A stretch of DNA of 64,000 nucleotides, from positions 9,052,001 through 9,116,000 of the forward strand of contig NC_092674.1 of NCBI RefSeq assembly GCF_964355755.1, written 5' to 3'. The DNA is from Antedon mediterranea. Taxonomy: Eukaryota; Animalia; Echinodermata. Shown piece by piece: positions 1-11,795 of the stretch (position 1 is its first letter; each line of letters opens with the position of its first letter). Under the pieces are notes generated by a model that worked only from the letters and a program-made list of their open reading frames with translations, made no database searches and had not been told where the DNA came from. Both the position numbers and the translations under genes were made by a program.

Positions 1-1603
1 ATGTTGAGAAAAGGGAAGATGTTGAGAAAAGGGAAGATGTTGATGAGAGGGAGGATGCTGATGAGAGGGAGGATTCTGATGAGAGGGAGGATGTTAATGA
101 TGAGAGGGAGGTTGCTGATGAGAGGGAGGATGTTAATGATGAGAGGGAGGATGCTGATGAGAGGGAGGATTCTGATGAGAGGGAGGATGTTAATGATGAG
201 AGGGAGGTTGCTGATGAGAGGAAGGATGTTGATGAGAGGGACGATGTTAATGATGAGAGGGAGGATGCTGATGACAGGGAAGATGTTGAGAGGGAGGTTG
301 CTGATGAAAGTGGGGATGCTGATGAGCGGGAGGATGCTGATGAGAGGGAGGATGCTAATGAGAGGGAAGATATTGAAGGGAAGGTTGCTGATGAGAGGGA
401 AGATGTTGATGAGAGGGAAGATGTTGATGAGAGGAAGGATGGTAATGAGAGAGAGGATGGTAATGAGAGAGAGGAAGTTGATGAGAGGGCGGATGTTGAT
501 GAGAGGGAGGATGTTGATGAGAGGGAGGATTCTGATGAGAGGGAGGATGTTAATGATGAGAGGGAGGTTGCTGATGAGAGGAAGGATGTTGATGAGAGGA
601 AGGATGTTGATTAGAGTGGGGATGCTGATGAGAGGGAGGATGCTGATGAGAGGGAGGATGCTAATGAGAGGGAGGATGCTAATGAGAGGAATGATGCTGA
701 TAAAAGGAAGGATGCTGATGAGAGTAGGGATGCTGATGAGAGGGAGGATGCTGATAAGAGAGAGAATATCTGATGAGAGTGGGGAAAGCTGATGGGAGGG
801 AGGATGTTGATAAGAGGGAGGATTCTGATGATAGGGAGGTTTCTGATGAAAGGGAGGTTGCTGATGAGAGAGGGGATGTTAATGAGAGGGATGATGCTGA
901 TGAGAGAGGGGATTTAATGAGAGGGAAGATGTTGAGAAAAGGGAAGATGTTGATGAGAGGGAGGATGCTGATGAGAGGGAGGATTCTGATGAGAGGGAGG
1001 ATGTTAATGATGAGAGGGAGGTTGCTGATGAGAGGAAGGATGTTAATGATGAGAGGGAGGATGCTGATGATGAGAGGGAGGATGCTGATGACAGGGAAGA
1101 TGCTGATGACAGGGAAGATGTTGATGACAGGGAAGATGTTGAGAGGGAGGATGCTAATGAGAGGGAAGATGTTGAGAGGGAGGTTGCTGATGAAAGTGGG
1201 GAAAGCTGATGAGAGGGAGGATGTTGATAAGAGGGAGGATGTTGATAAGAGGGAGGATGTTGATAAGAGGGAGGATTCTGATGATAGGGAGGTTTCTGAT
1301 GAAAGGGAGGATGCTGATGAGAGAGGGGATGTTAATGAGAGGTAGGATGCTGATGAGTGGGAGGATGTTGATGATAGGGGATGATGATGAGAGGGATGAT
1401 GTTAATGAGAGGGAGGATGCTGATGAGTGGAAGGATGTTGATGATAGGGGGGATGATGATGAGAGGTAGGATGCTGATGAGAGGGAGGATGTTGATGAGA
1501 GGAAAGATGTTGATGATAGGGGGATGTTGATGAGAGGGATGTTGATGAGAGGGAGGATGGTGATGAGAGGGAGGATGGTGATAAAAGGGAGGATGTTGAT
1601 GAT
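1..1603. repeat. Purine-rich minisatellite, ~18-bp unit GAGAGGGAGGATG(C/T)TGAT with higher-order blocks
   Basis: Direct reading: continuous degenerate 18/21-bp units, running off the left window edge. It accounts for the M/R/G/L and D/E/R ORFs at 1-1609. Confidence 0.95.
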
Positions 1604-3965
1604 TTTCAATTCAATAATAACAACATTTTTCCAAATATCTATAGTTTTCTAAATCAAGAGCCTCCTACACTGTTTACCACTCATTAAGTAATATATGTAT
1701 TTGATGTTGCATATCATATTTCTTAAGATACTTGTTTGAAACTGCTATACCTTCTCTGATAGTCGATATTGACTTGTTATGATATTAGGTTGACTTTTGA
1801 TTATCATGATAGTGGCAAACTAATAATTAATGTCAGTAAATGAAACCGATCAAGTTACCAATAATTTAAACAAAATCACTTGAATGATACTACGAGATAG
1901 AATTACCATGTTCATATATGTGCAATGATCAATACCAAACCTAACTTTTCCAAAATAAAATGTACCGTACTCATGTTATTCTCGAGCAAACCAGATGTAT
2001 AATGTTTAATTTATATCTACAGTGTAGATATTATTATTATATTATATAGTATTGCTGATGTATTCATGTATTCGAAAGACTGATGAATAGCAAAAACCAA
2101 ATGGAGAAAGTTGTAGCATTTGTTGGCATATTCTAGATGGAAGCTGGACAGAAACTGTGTGTTCACAACTTTGATCAGCAGTGGGATGAATAGCTAAAAT
2201 GATGATGATAGGTGGAGTATAAAATTTGAGATTCTCTGAAGGAATTATATTTTTCTTCAGGGACAATATTTTCTGGACCTGAGAAGAAGATCAACACTAG
2301 ATACTTTGGTAATTACCTTCTAGATAGAAAGCTTTCAAAAGATATGAACCTTATATTATTACAGTAATGTGCAAATTCTGCTGAATTTTACTTCAGCATT
2401 GTTTGTTAATTGCCCTCTCTGAGCTTTGATGTTATGTACACATTACATGCAATTACCTTAATGTATTGATTAAGCTAAGTGAAGGACTAACCTATATCTG
2501 ACAAATATAATGTTTATACAACACAAATGAAATGATAGATAATAAATAAAATAATGTATATTTATTAATTTATTCTTGATGATGACATAGGCTGGGTTTA
2601 TGAAAGTGTTTAAAGCATTTGTAGAAATATCAATTAAAACTTTTGTACAAAGTATGTATAAGTCCAAAGGCAAATTACTGAAAAATGTGCTGTGGGTATT
2701 TAAATTTCTTTTTTTCAGTCTGTTTGATGTTGTCTATATCTTCTTGATCTGTACATTTTTACCTATTATATTGTTATATATTTATACAAACGAGCAATGA
2801 ATTTCCAGAAAGATATATAAAGATAATTTGAATTTTAATGTGAATCAGTGGCTGGACCACCTCAATGGAGATGCAAAATATATAAAGCAAGAAGCTATTA
2901 ACCAAATCAATAAAATAAAATAGCTAGACAATTGTATTAGTTTATTAGTAAAAGTGATGTATATATAATACACTGCAACTTTGCCAGGTGAGCTCTGGCC
3001 TCTGAAGCCCTATTGAATGTCACTATACTCATGGCAGTTTGCAATCACTTTGGCACAATCCACCTTTTATTTGTTTGGTTTTCTGTTTAATTAATAAACT
3101 AGTACAAATTACAGTATGTTTTCTCTCTATTTATTCCAGCCTATAAACATATCGTTGAAACATATTATTAAGCTGATTATCACAACATCTCATCTACATA
3201 TTCCTTTGGGGATTCTCCATTGAGAGCGCGGTAGATGCAGATGTGTACAGTATTAGTTATGAATTAATAAATGTCCAGGTATCTTCATTCATATGATTTA
3301 ATTCTTGTATGTTCGATTATAATTGTCATGTTTGTTATATGTCAGCCTTTTTTTATTAACATTTTTGATTATTTGAGTTTCTTTATTTTGTATATCCTTA
3401 ATTTTATCCATTGTTTTTTTTTTTAATACTATGAAATGATTTTATAATCATATTTAACATTCCATCCCTAAATTATAGCCTGTCATTTGAAAAAATCATG
3501 AATGAATGAAAGGCATTTATTATCAATATTATTACACTCATATTTTTAATGTCATTAATATCTTTAGTTCAACAATCAAATTAATATTGTCTGTTAGAAT
3601 GTATGTATGTGGACAGCATACAACTTCTTTTATGAAATTGTTATCATTGAAATATGCCGGTCAGGTTCTTTAGTTATATTATATTATATTAAAATGAGCT
3701 GGCTATATTTTTATCATATCACGAAATGTATAAAGTGTTCAGTTAAAATGATGCTCCATCAAGCTATATGCAAAATAAAAACAAATGTTCATTTAAAGAT
3801 AATATTGTCTTCCTGAAAAAAACATTTGTTAAATTTTTTATTTTAATGTCACATAATAATTACGGTATTCACTTCGACCAAAAAAATTAATTGGAAAAAA
3901 ATTATTTGCCTGAAAAAAGCTGTAATTTAAAGAAAAAAATAGTCAAATTGACTGGAAGTCAATGG

Positions 3966-4000
<35 letters not shown>

Positions 4001-4002
<2 letters not shown>

Positions 4003-4229
4003 CTGTCCACCCAGGCAGCACTTGCCAGCTTTATACTCTGACGTTATCCAAATTCCTTCACTTGCACTGATGAAGGGCTAGTGTTGCCCGAAAGCTCTGC
4101 TAACTTTTCTGGCTGTTTACTTTATCGTTTTGATTTAGCTTTTCGCTTTTTATTTTTGTATCTCCATTGAGATCCAGCCACTGATACCCACAGCATTGTC
4201 ATTTTTTCAGTAATTTGCCTTTGGATTTA
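4001..4229 (+). mobile_element. Hammerhead-containing non-autonomous repeat (Penelope-like pLTR/retrozyme type), family A, copy 1, between (TA)n tracts
   Basis: Flanked by (TA)n at ~3970-4000 and ~4228-4240. Near-identical copy at 9680-9845; decayed minus-strand copies at ~2660-2900 (split), ~15390-15480, ~26920-26990 and ~34708-34865. Confidence 0.75.
4059..4103 (+). ncRNA. Minimal type I hammerhead ribozyme
   Basis: GCA-CTGATGA(4067-4073)-A-GGGC-TAGTGTT-GCCC-GAAA(4090-4093)-GC-TC^-TGC: intact catalytic core, 4-bp stem II, palindromic minimal stem III (AGCT), stem I GCA/TGC. Predicted cleavage after C4097. Confidence 0.8.
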
Positions 4230-4297
4230 TATATATATATTTAATTAATTAATTTGAAACGATAAAGATGAGGAAATCTGTGAGAATGAGAAAAAGT

Positions 4298-4369
4298 CGC
4301 CCCAACCGAGAATCGAACTCGGACCGCCTGCTTGATATGCAGATGTCCTAAACATTAGACAACTGGGGC
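4298..4369 (-). tRNA. tRNA-like cloverleaf, anticodon ATC (Asp); probably repeat-borne or a pseudogene
   Basis: 72 nt: acceptor GCCCCAG/TTGGGGC, D stem GTCT/GGAC, anticodon stem TCTGC/GCAGG with loop ATATCAA, T arm CCGAG-TTCGATT-CTCGG, discriminator G, then ACTTTTT (Pol III terminator-like). Deviations: D-loop GG is GT and position 32 is A. A homologous decayed copy with shared flanks lies at ~51840-51945. Confidence 0.55.
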
Positions 4370-7350
4370 TTTCATGGTATTGTTCGAACTCAATTGGATA
4401 GCGACTCTTTAACATTCTCGGCGTGGTACGGCGGAACTGCACCAGTCCTCAGTTGTATATATATATATATATATATCTGTGAAAGAGATTAATTTATTAA
4501 AACTGTAAAATGGCATATTCAAAGTCTCTTTCATAAAATCGTAATTTTCATGTTTTTGGGGACAATACATCTTATTGACAATTATCTGATTCGCTTATCA
4601 TATTTTAAATGAATATTTTTCCATTGTTAACCCATTATGCATGTTTCTCAATTTATTCATCTCGGGATTAGATTAATATGTATTTAACACATTACAATAT
4701 AAATAATTTAAATCTGTGAAATCAGGATTTTAATTTCAATTAAATTATTGATTGAACTCATCTGGAAGAAAGAAACTACTTCACCAATCTAACAGTCTGT
4801 GAAATTTAAGAGCAAGCGATGAGAATTAAAATACCTCTGACCGGTTTAAATAGTTTAATCTATCATTAGAATATTAATCAGCCAAGCGGAACTTAATTCA
4901 CATGCTTAGTAAGATGAACATCTGAAACTCGGCTTACGTAAATTATTGACGAGTACAGTCGCGGGTTATTTATTCATACAATCATGTTTTTAATTAGATT
5001 TCACAACAAGTGCACTGCCAGCAGAATCAATGGATTTATTGATTTTACCAAATTGACATTGCAAATCTGAATAAGGTTAAATAGCCTTTCATTTCCAATA
5101 GTTACTGGATGCTTTCTCTTCAATTAACTCACATTTCTATTTGACATTATTCACTTCTTATTTACTAGATTATAATAAATAATAATATATAGGAGTACAA
5201 TTCCATTTTCTATTTCTAAATCAATAAATGTATTTGTATTTTCATCTTTTCATATACAGTACATTTATTGATCCTTTTTGTCTTTTGTTGAACTAACCAC
5301 ATTTATTTTATCTTTTTTAGGAAAGTTAATTACCAAATAAAATGTTTATTGTAGCTTTTGATCACATTTAATCTTCATCAGACAAAGCCTTGACGTTACA
5401 GTACAAATACTCTTTGGTTTACCTCATAAAAGTCAGATGAAACTATTGGAACTAATTGGAATTTTTTTCTAGACTGAAATACCATTATTACATCTAATAC
5501 CTATAATTGAGAAGTGATATAAAAATTGCTAGCTTGAATATATTGTAATTGTAGTTTTGCGTCAGGGAGTTGAGTGATTAGATATTTTTGCCCTACTCTG
5601 ACGTCCCACCCAAGAACTACTTGCGAATTTTTTCGCAAGTATTCTCAAATGTACTTGAATATATTCTTACAAAACTCACAATTTTAACCTTCCTTTTCCA
5701 TAACATTACCGTTCCTATATGAATAACATGTTGACGTTTAAAAATATATTTTCATAAATTTAACGACAACCAAGAGAATCGTAATTTCTGTGGATATTAT
5801 TATATAACTACATGGTTTAATTTCAAAGTCATTGCTTTCATGTTATGTTCCAGCCATACCTTACGGCTGAATTTCAAATGAAAATCTGCAATGCAAAATA
5901 TCTTGCGCCCACAGTGAGTTAATAATACATTTGCAGATAACAAAATCTGGCTTAAAGTCTGTACATCCTCTAACTGTCATTAGTAGTAGGTTACAGCTGT
6001 TGTAATAAATGAATACAACTACTTAAATTGATTATTATAATTACATTATGTGGATATTTAAATTATATTGTTGTATTTTACTAGTTATTAAAAATGGAGG
6101 TATATTTTGACTTGTTTTTGTTTTTATTTTTTGTGTGTTACAATTTGGTATAAATTTATGTATAGCTAGAAATTTAATTAAAATTTAATTTAAAAGCAAA
6201 ACTTTAACTTTAAAAATTAGCCACCAATCTACCAATCAAGAAACTTTTTAGTAAATTAATGAAAAATAAGTTGCTTGACAAAAAAACACAATTCTATTTT
6301 CAAAAATTACAATTAATATAACAAATATTAGCTAGTTTCTAAATTGTTTTAATACCAATCAGCAGTTTATGAAAAATATAAAAGTGAATTGTTAGTTGTG
6401 ATAGATATTTTGAAATTCCCTCAAGCAATATTCACTTTATAGATAGGAGAATTTTTTAAGTGTTTCCCTTCTAAGCATAAATGTTAAATTATATCACTGA
6501 TTCTCTGATACCCCCAATTATTTTTCTACCACTTTTAAAATTCAATATTTCAACTTCTTCCTCACAAACCCTTTACCAAGCCTTTTGATCAAATCAAATT
6601 CGACTGTCTGAACACTACATAGCAAATCCTGATTCATACATGGTATCAATATCCTAGTTATCTTTACATTGATTCCATCAACTTTCCCGAGGGAGACGCA
6701 TCGACCACCTGCCGCCGGCATTAAGACGGATTAATATTGACGATGATGCTGATATTATCCAATTGATTTGATTTAAACGTAATGCTACAGGCAGACTTGT
6801 TTAAAATTTTGAAAGCCCAAACTGGTTTTGATTTATAAATTAATGATGATTATAAATTCTCTTTTTGGTTTTAATGGATGTACATCAATTATTTAGAAAA
6901 AGAGGATTTATTGAAGCTTTGTTTATTAAAATAAGCTTAAATAAGTCTTTAAACAAATTTGTCCAATGCAACTCGAGAAAACCTAGTACGGTCAGTTTCT
7001 GTTTTTTTATTTTTGAACATTTTGAAAAAAGGCAAATTTACAAATAAAAGGTATTATTTTGCTGAAAATAATAATTATTTCATAATGATTTTCTACCCAC
7101 TAAAACACCTCCCCACATCTATCTGTCAAAAATAAAATACCTGTGCACTAATGTGTCAAAACATGCTGAATTCGCTTTAACTGCAGACTTTGACACTAAA
7201 ATCTCAAGTATGGAATACTTTAACGCACACGCTGGTAAGTAGGTACACATTATATTTGAATTGGTTAATTATCACGTTGCCATTTTACGACTGAGATGCA
7301 TACTTTACAATATCAATACAATGTTATTTGCGTTCAATTGAAAATGCAAA

Positions 7351-8140
7351 TTTGAATTCTGAAATAGTGGATCAAAAAATGTTTGTTGTGTGCTATAATT
7401 CAGATTTCTTATCCAATTAGAACTTGGTTTTATCTAATTATATGTCTGATATTATAATTTCATTTGATTTGTTGATTTTGTTGATTTTGTGATCACATGA
7501 CAATTATTTTTTCTCCATTTTAATATTTACCAATTGAATATTCGGCTTTTTTCTCCATTTTGAATTCTGAAATAGTGGATCAAAAAATGTTTGTTGTGTG
7601 CTATAATTCAGATTTCTTATCCAATCAGAACTTGGTTTTATCTAACTATATGTCTGATATTATAATTCCATTTGATTTGTTGATTTTGTGATCACATGAC
7701 AATTATTTTTTCTTCATTTTAATGTTTACCAATTGAATATTCGGCTTTTTTCTCCATTTTGAATTCTGAAATAGTGGATCAAAAAATGTTGTGTGCTATA
7801 ATTCAGATTTCTTATCCAATCAGAACTTGGTTTTATCTAACTATATGTCTGATATTATAATTCCATTTGATTTGTTGATTTTGTGACCACATGACAATTA
7901 TTTTTTCTTCATTTTAATGTTTACTAATTGAATATTCGGCTTTTTTCTCCATTTTGAATTCTGAAATAGTGGATCAAAAAATGTTTGTTGTGTGCTAATT
8001 CAGATTTCTTATCCAATCAGAACTTGGTTTTATCTAATTATATGTCAGGTATTATAATTTAATTTGATTCGTTGATTTTGTGTCACATGACAATTATTTT
8101 TTCTCTATTTTAATGTTTACCAAATGAATATTCAGCTTTT
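7351..8140. repeat. Tandem repeat, ~195-208 bp unit, ~4 copies
   Basis: TTTGAATTCTGAAATAGTGGATC starts at 7351, 7559, 7758 and 7953; units are nearly identical. Confidence 0.95.
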
Positions 8141-9679
8141 CTGTAAAATTTCAAGAGTGAATCCTAATTTTCCATCAAAACTGCATGTATGTAAGAATTG
8201 TAAATTACAACTGGACTTTTAAACTATCATTCTCATGTTGATACAATAAACTAGTAAAGTCACCAAAAGATGTGAAACTAACAATTTTGTTTCATGTGGC
8301 TTTATCCATATTTATCTTCAGGATAGACAGTGCATCGTGTTATGTCGAACATTAAGGTCATAAAAATCACTTTTCGACGAGATGCCCCAATCAAACAGAC
8401 AATGTACAAACACTGCATATCACCATTCCTAATTATAATACACAATGTTAATAGCATTTGCACTTTGTGGCTAATGTATTTACCTAATACAAGTAGTTTT
8501 CAAATATTGTTTTCACAACTAGTAATATGTACTTTTTAGCATTTCGTTCATTTCAAATAATAATGTATAGCACTAAACAATAAATGATGCCATAACAAGT
8601 TTGGTCTTAATTTCATAGTAATATTTATTCAGTAATTATGCCTCTGACCCTAGGGTGTGTCAGCACTTCAACAGTAATGTATTTCACGGACAGCAGAAGT
8701 ACAGATTGTAATTTCAAGCGATGCATTTTCTATTATTACAGTGTAGTCTTTTGATGTTTTCTTTTTTCACCTGTACTGTATTGCACATACTTACTGCAAT
8801 AAAGATGTACTAGAATAACTGCCAGAACAATCTTGGTCTTTTATTTCTTACCATTAATAGTGATATTTATTCAGTAATTAGGTTCTGTAGCCTTAGGGTA
8901 TATGTACTTCCATTACAAGATGTTTCGTGCACTTGGGTGGGTGTTGCCAGATCCAATATCAGTATAACTTTTGATATGAAAAATATTTTATGGCTCATTT
9001 TAGAATCAATAGACAAACATACAATGTGTAGGGCCTATTTTCACTTTAGACCAGTCTTTGTGTATAGTAAGCTAGTGAATAGCAATGTACGCATACAACT
9101 ATGCATACATACAATTATTTTTAAAAATATTCCTTTACTTGAGAACCATCGTACCTGACTGTGCAAGGAATATTTCCAAAAAGCCCTAGTTATAACAACC
9201 TATTTCCACCACTGTGCCTTGTTTCACACCAATTGAGATCAGTCACTGAATTTCCTTACCAAATTGCAATACCAAAATCAAAAAACTTTATTATCAACAC
9301 CGGTATCTGTTTGTGACTTTTTATACGGTACTTTTTTATATTTATATATGTTTTTAAAATCCAATTCTATATTTTTGTATATATTGATTGCAATAAAGAT
9401 GATTATATGATATTACATTTTGGACACTTTGAGGACACAGGAGGAGGGGCTTTGATTTATAACAACCGACAACTTAGGAACAATGTATTTGTTTTGTATT
9501 TTAAATAATATCTTATATCATCATCATCATGTATGATATTCGTCTTGGTTAGACATCACATACCCTAATCCTTTACATGACTCTCTCTCTCTTTTAAAAT
9601 AAATAAATATTATTCCATTTTAATTGGCAAAATAAAATTAAATCTTGAATCTTATATCTAATATATCTATAGGTTTATA

Positions 9680-9845
9680 TTCACTTGCACTGATGAAGGG
9701 CTAGTGTTGCCCGAAAGCTCTGCTAACTTTTCTGGCTGCTTTACTGTATTGTTTTGATTTAGATTTTTTTTTGTATCTCCATTGAGATCCAGCCACTGAT
9801 ACCAACAACATTGTAATTTTTTCAGTAATTTGCCTTTGGATTTAT
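9680..9845 (+). mobile_element. Hammerhead-containing repeat family A, copy 2 (begins at the ribozyme)
   Basis: Aligns to 4057-4229. Ribozyme core CTGATGA 9690-9696, GAAA 9713-9716, predicted cleavage after 9720. Ends in TTGGATTTATA next to (TA)n. Confidence 0.75.
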
Positions 9846-9964
9846 ATAGTTAATAAGAAATATATATATATATACATTATATATATATAAATCAAAGAGC
9901 TGCATAGGCAGGATATAGAAAAAAATCAAATCAAATAAGTTAAAACTGCCTCAATATAGATTTA

Positions 9965-10007
9965 TTTTAACGACATGTTTCGGGCATAGCCCATCATCAG
10001 GTGAAAA
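9965..10007 (-). ncRNA. Minimal type I hammerhead ribozyme, family B
   Basis: Minus strand TTTTCAC-CTGATGA-T-GGGC-TAT-GCCC-GAAA-CATG-TC^-GTTAAAA: intact core, GUC cleavage triplet, palindromic stem III ACATGT, stem I with one mismatch. Lies in a ~210-bp segment (9890-10103) bounded by (TA)n. Confidence 0.8.
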
Positions 10008-11559
10008 GAATTGTAACAAAGGATAACATATATAAGTCACAAAATTACTGCTTTGTACCCCATAGCTTTTGGAGGCGTGCCTTTATAACTATGCCTTTTG
10101 TTTATAATATATATGTATATATATATATAAACATATAATATATATATAATATTTTAATATTAGAATTACCATATTGCTATGAATGTGGGACACTTTGACA
10201 CCACTCGACAGTTTTTAACTGAAATCATGCTGAGAGTTGAAGCAAACAAAATAGCTTAACAAGATGATGCTCTGTTTAGTCATCATTTATTGTTACCATG
10301 GCAATTAACAGACTATCAATGACAAACTACAAAATATTATTACCCATCATAAGGCAGTATGATATTGTAAGAGGGCATACCGTACATAAAGGATCACATA
10401 ATATTGAAAACAATTTTTAATATGATAGTGAAAAAAAAAATGTTTATATAATTTTTTAAGAATAATTTTAAATGGACTGAAAAGAACATTTGGACAATCT
10501 GATATTTGACTTTAAATTTCTTTTATCTAAAATTGATATTCAAAACAATTTTAAATATGGATACACAGTTCACAGTGCCCATAGCCTCATCTGGACTTTA
10601 TGTTATCTTATTTAATATGGATACTCTTTCAGAAAATCCATAGCACCCAGCTGAGATGATGGAAATCTTAAGTGTGAATGGACTCTTTATAACTCAATAC
10701 CATTTAATATGAATAATAATAATTATATCTAAATTTTAAAATGGAAAGCACTGCAGGTGTTTTATTTATAATCAATATTATAACGGAATGAACAAAAATT
10801 AATTTGGTTTAAACGTTTTTAATTATATAGGTTGATAAAGGAGATTGTTAAAATCTCCTTAAAATCAAGACATTTTAAATGGCAATAAGTCTACTAAAGT
10901 TTGACAAATGTTAAAAAATCTTTTATTTTTATATAACTATTAACAAAATGTTTTATCATACAGTACTGTAAGGTCAGAATAAAAATACATATTCAATTAC
11001 ATATTTTATTATCTATTAAGAATTAAATGATTATGCTACCTGGTTTGGATTTTCAAATCAATCAATAAAAACATTTATTTTTTCTTTCTTATGTTCAACA
11101 AAAATGAAGTCATATTTTGAAATAAAATTAAAGATGATTCCTTTTAAAAAGAAGATAATTCTTGTTGTAAGTGTTATGTTCCACTACAAGAAATCATATG
11201 GATAAAACTGAACCAATAATGTGAAGAAAAGAATCAAAAGGGCAACCTGGAAGTGTCGACAAGATTAAAGAAATTGAATACATTTATCAATAAAAACATA
11301 TTAAACACGTCAGAAAGTAGTGTCGGCCACAATAGTACTCCAAGAAAAAAAATCCCTATTTGAATAGTGTAGAACGTGTCTGGTGTAAATTGGACCAATG
11401 ACTTAACTTTTTTAAGTATAGTAGAACCACAATTAGGAAAAAACCTTCGGGATAAACATGTCATCTGAACAGGGGTTTCATAGTTTTAAAACATATTTCC
11501 CCGTTTGTTTCACATTGAAGTGTGCCTGAATAGGATGTCCCATAGGAGGGGTTCTACAA

Positions 11560-11795
11560 GATGGTGATCAATTCACTTTCTCACACTTCGGATGGGACAT
11601 AAAGCTGGTGATCCTGTGTGCATATACTGCATGTTAAGGAACTTGCTTACTATTCGAAAAGAGTAGGGAATCGTCTCACGGTGTGGTAATCTGGTACACT
11701 GCACTACTGGCTGCTGTGGTTCCGTTGAGGCTGGCCTAATCTGAATTTCCACGGTTTCCAGCTAAGCTTGAGAACCGTAATAAATACATTTATTT
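11560..11795 (+). mobile_element. SINE fragment with Deu/Nin-type central domain
   Basis: GGATGGGACATAAAGCTGGTGATCC...TATTCGAAAAGAGTAGGG...CGGTGT resembles the Deu-domain core; the tail GGCTGCTGTGG is shared with the copy near 47520. Confidence 0.55.

Noticed and set aside
1-1609. ORFs of 263, 190, 151 and 86 aa with MRGRML or DERED repeats
   Set aside because: They are translations of the 18-bp minisatellite, open only because the unit lacks stops; frames shift arbitrarily and there is no splice or domain evidence.
6670-6790. Candidate UNC80 exon (tgtag|CA TTA CGT...GGC AG|gtggtc)
   Set aside because: No similarity to the expected UNC80 continuation and weak splice sites.
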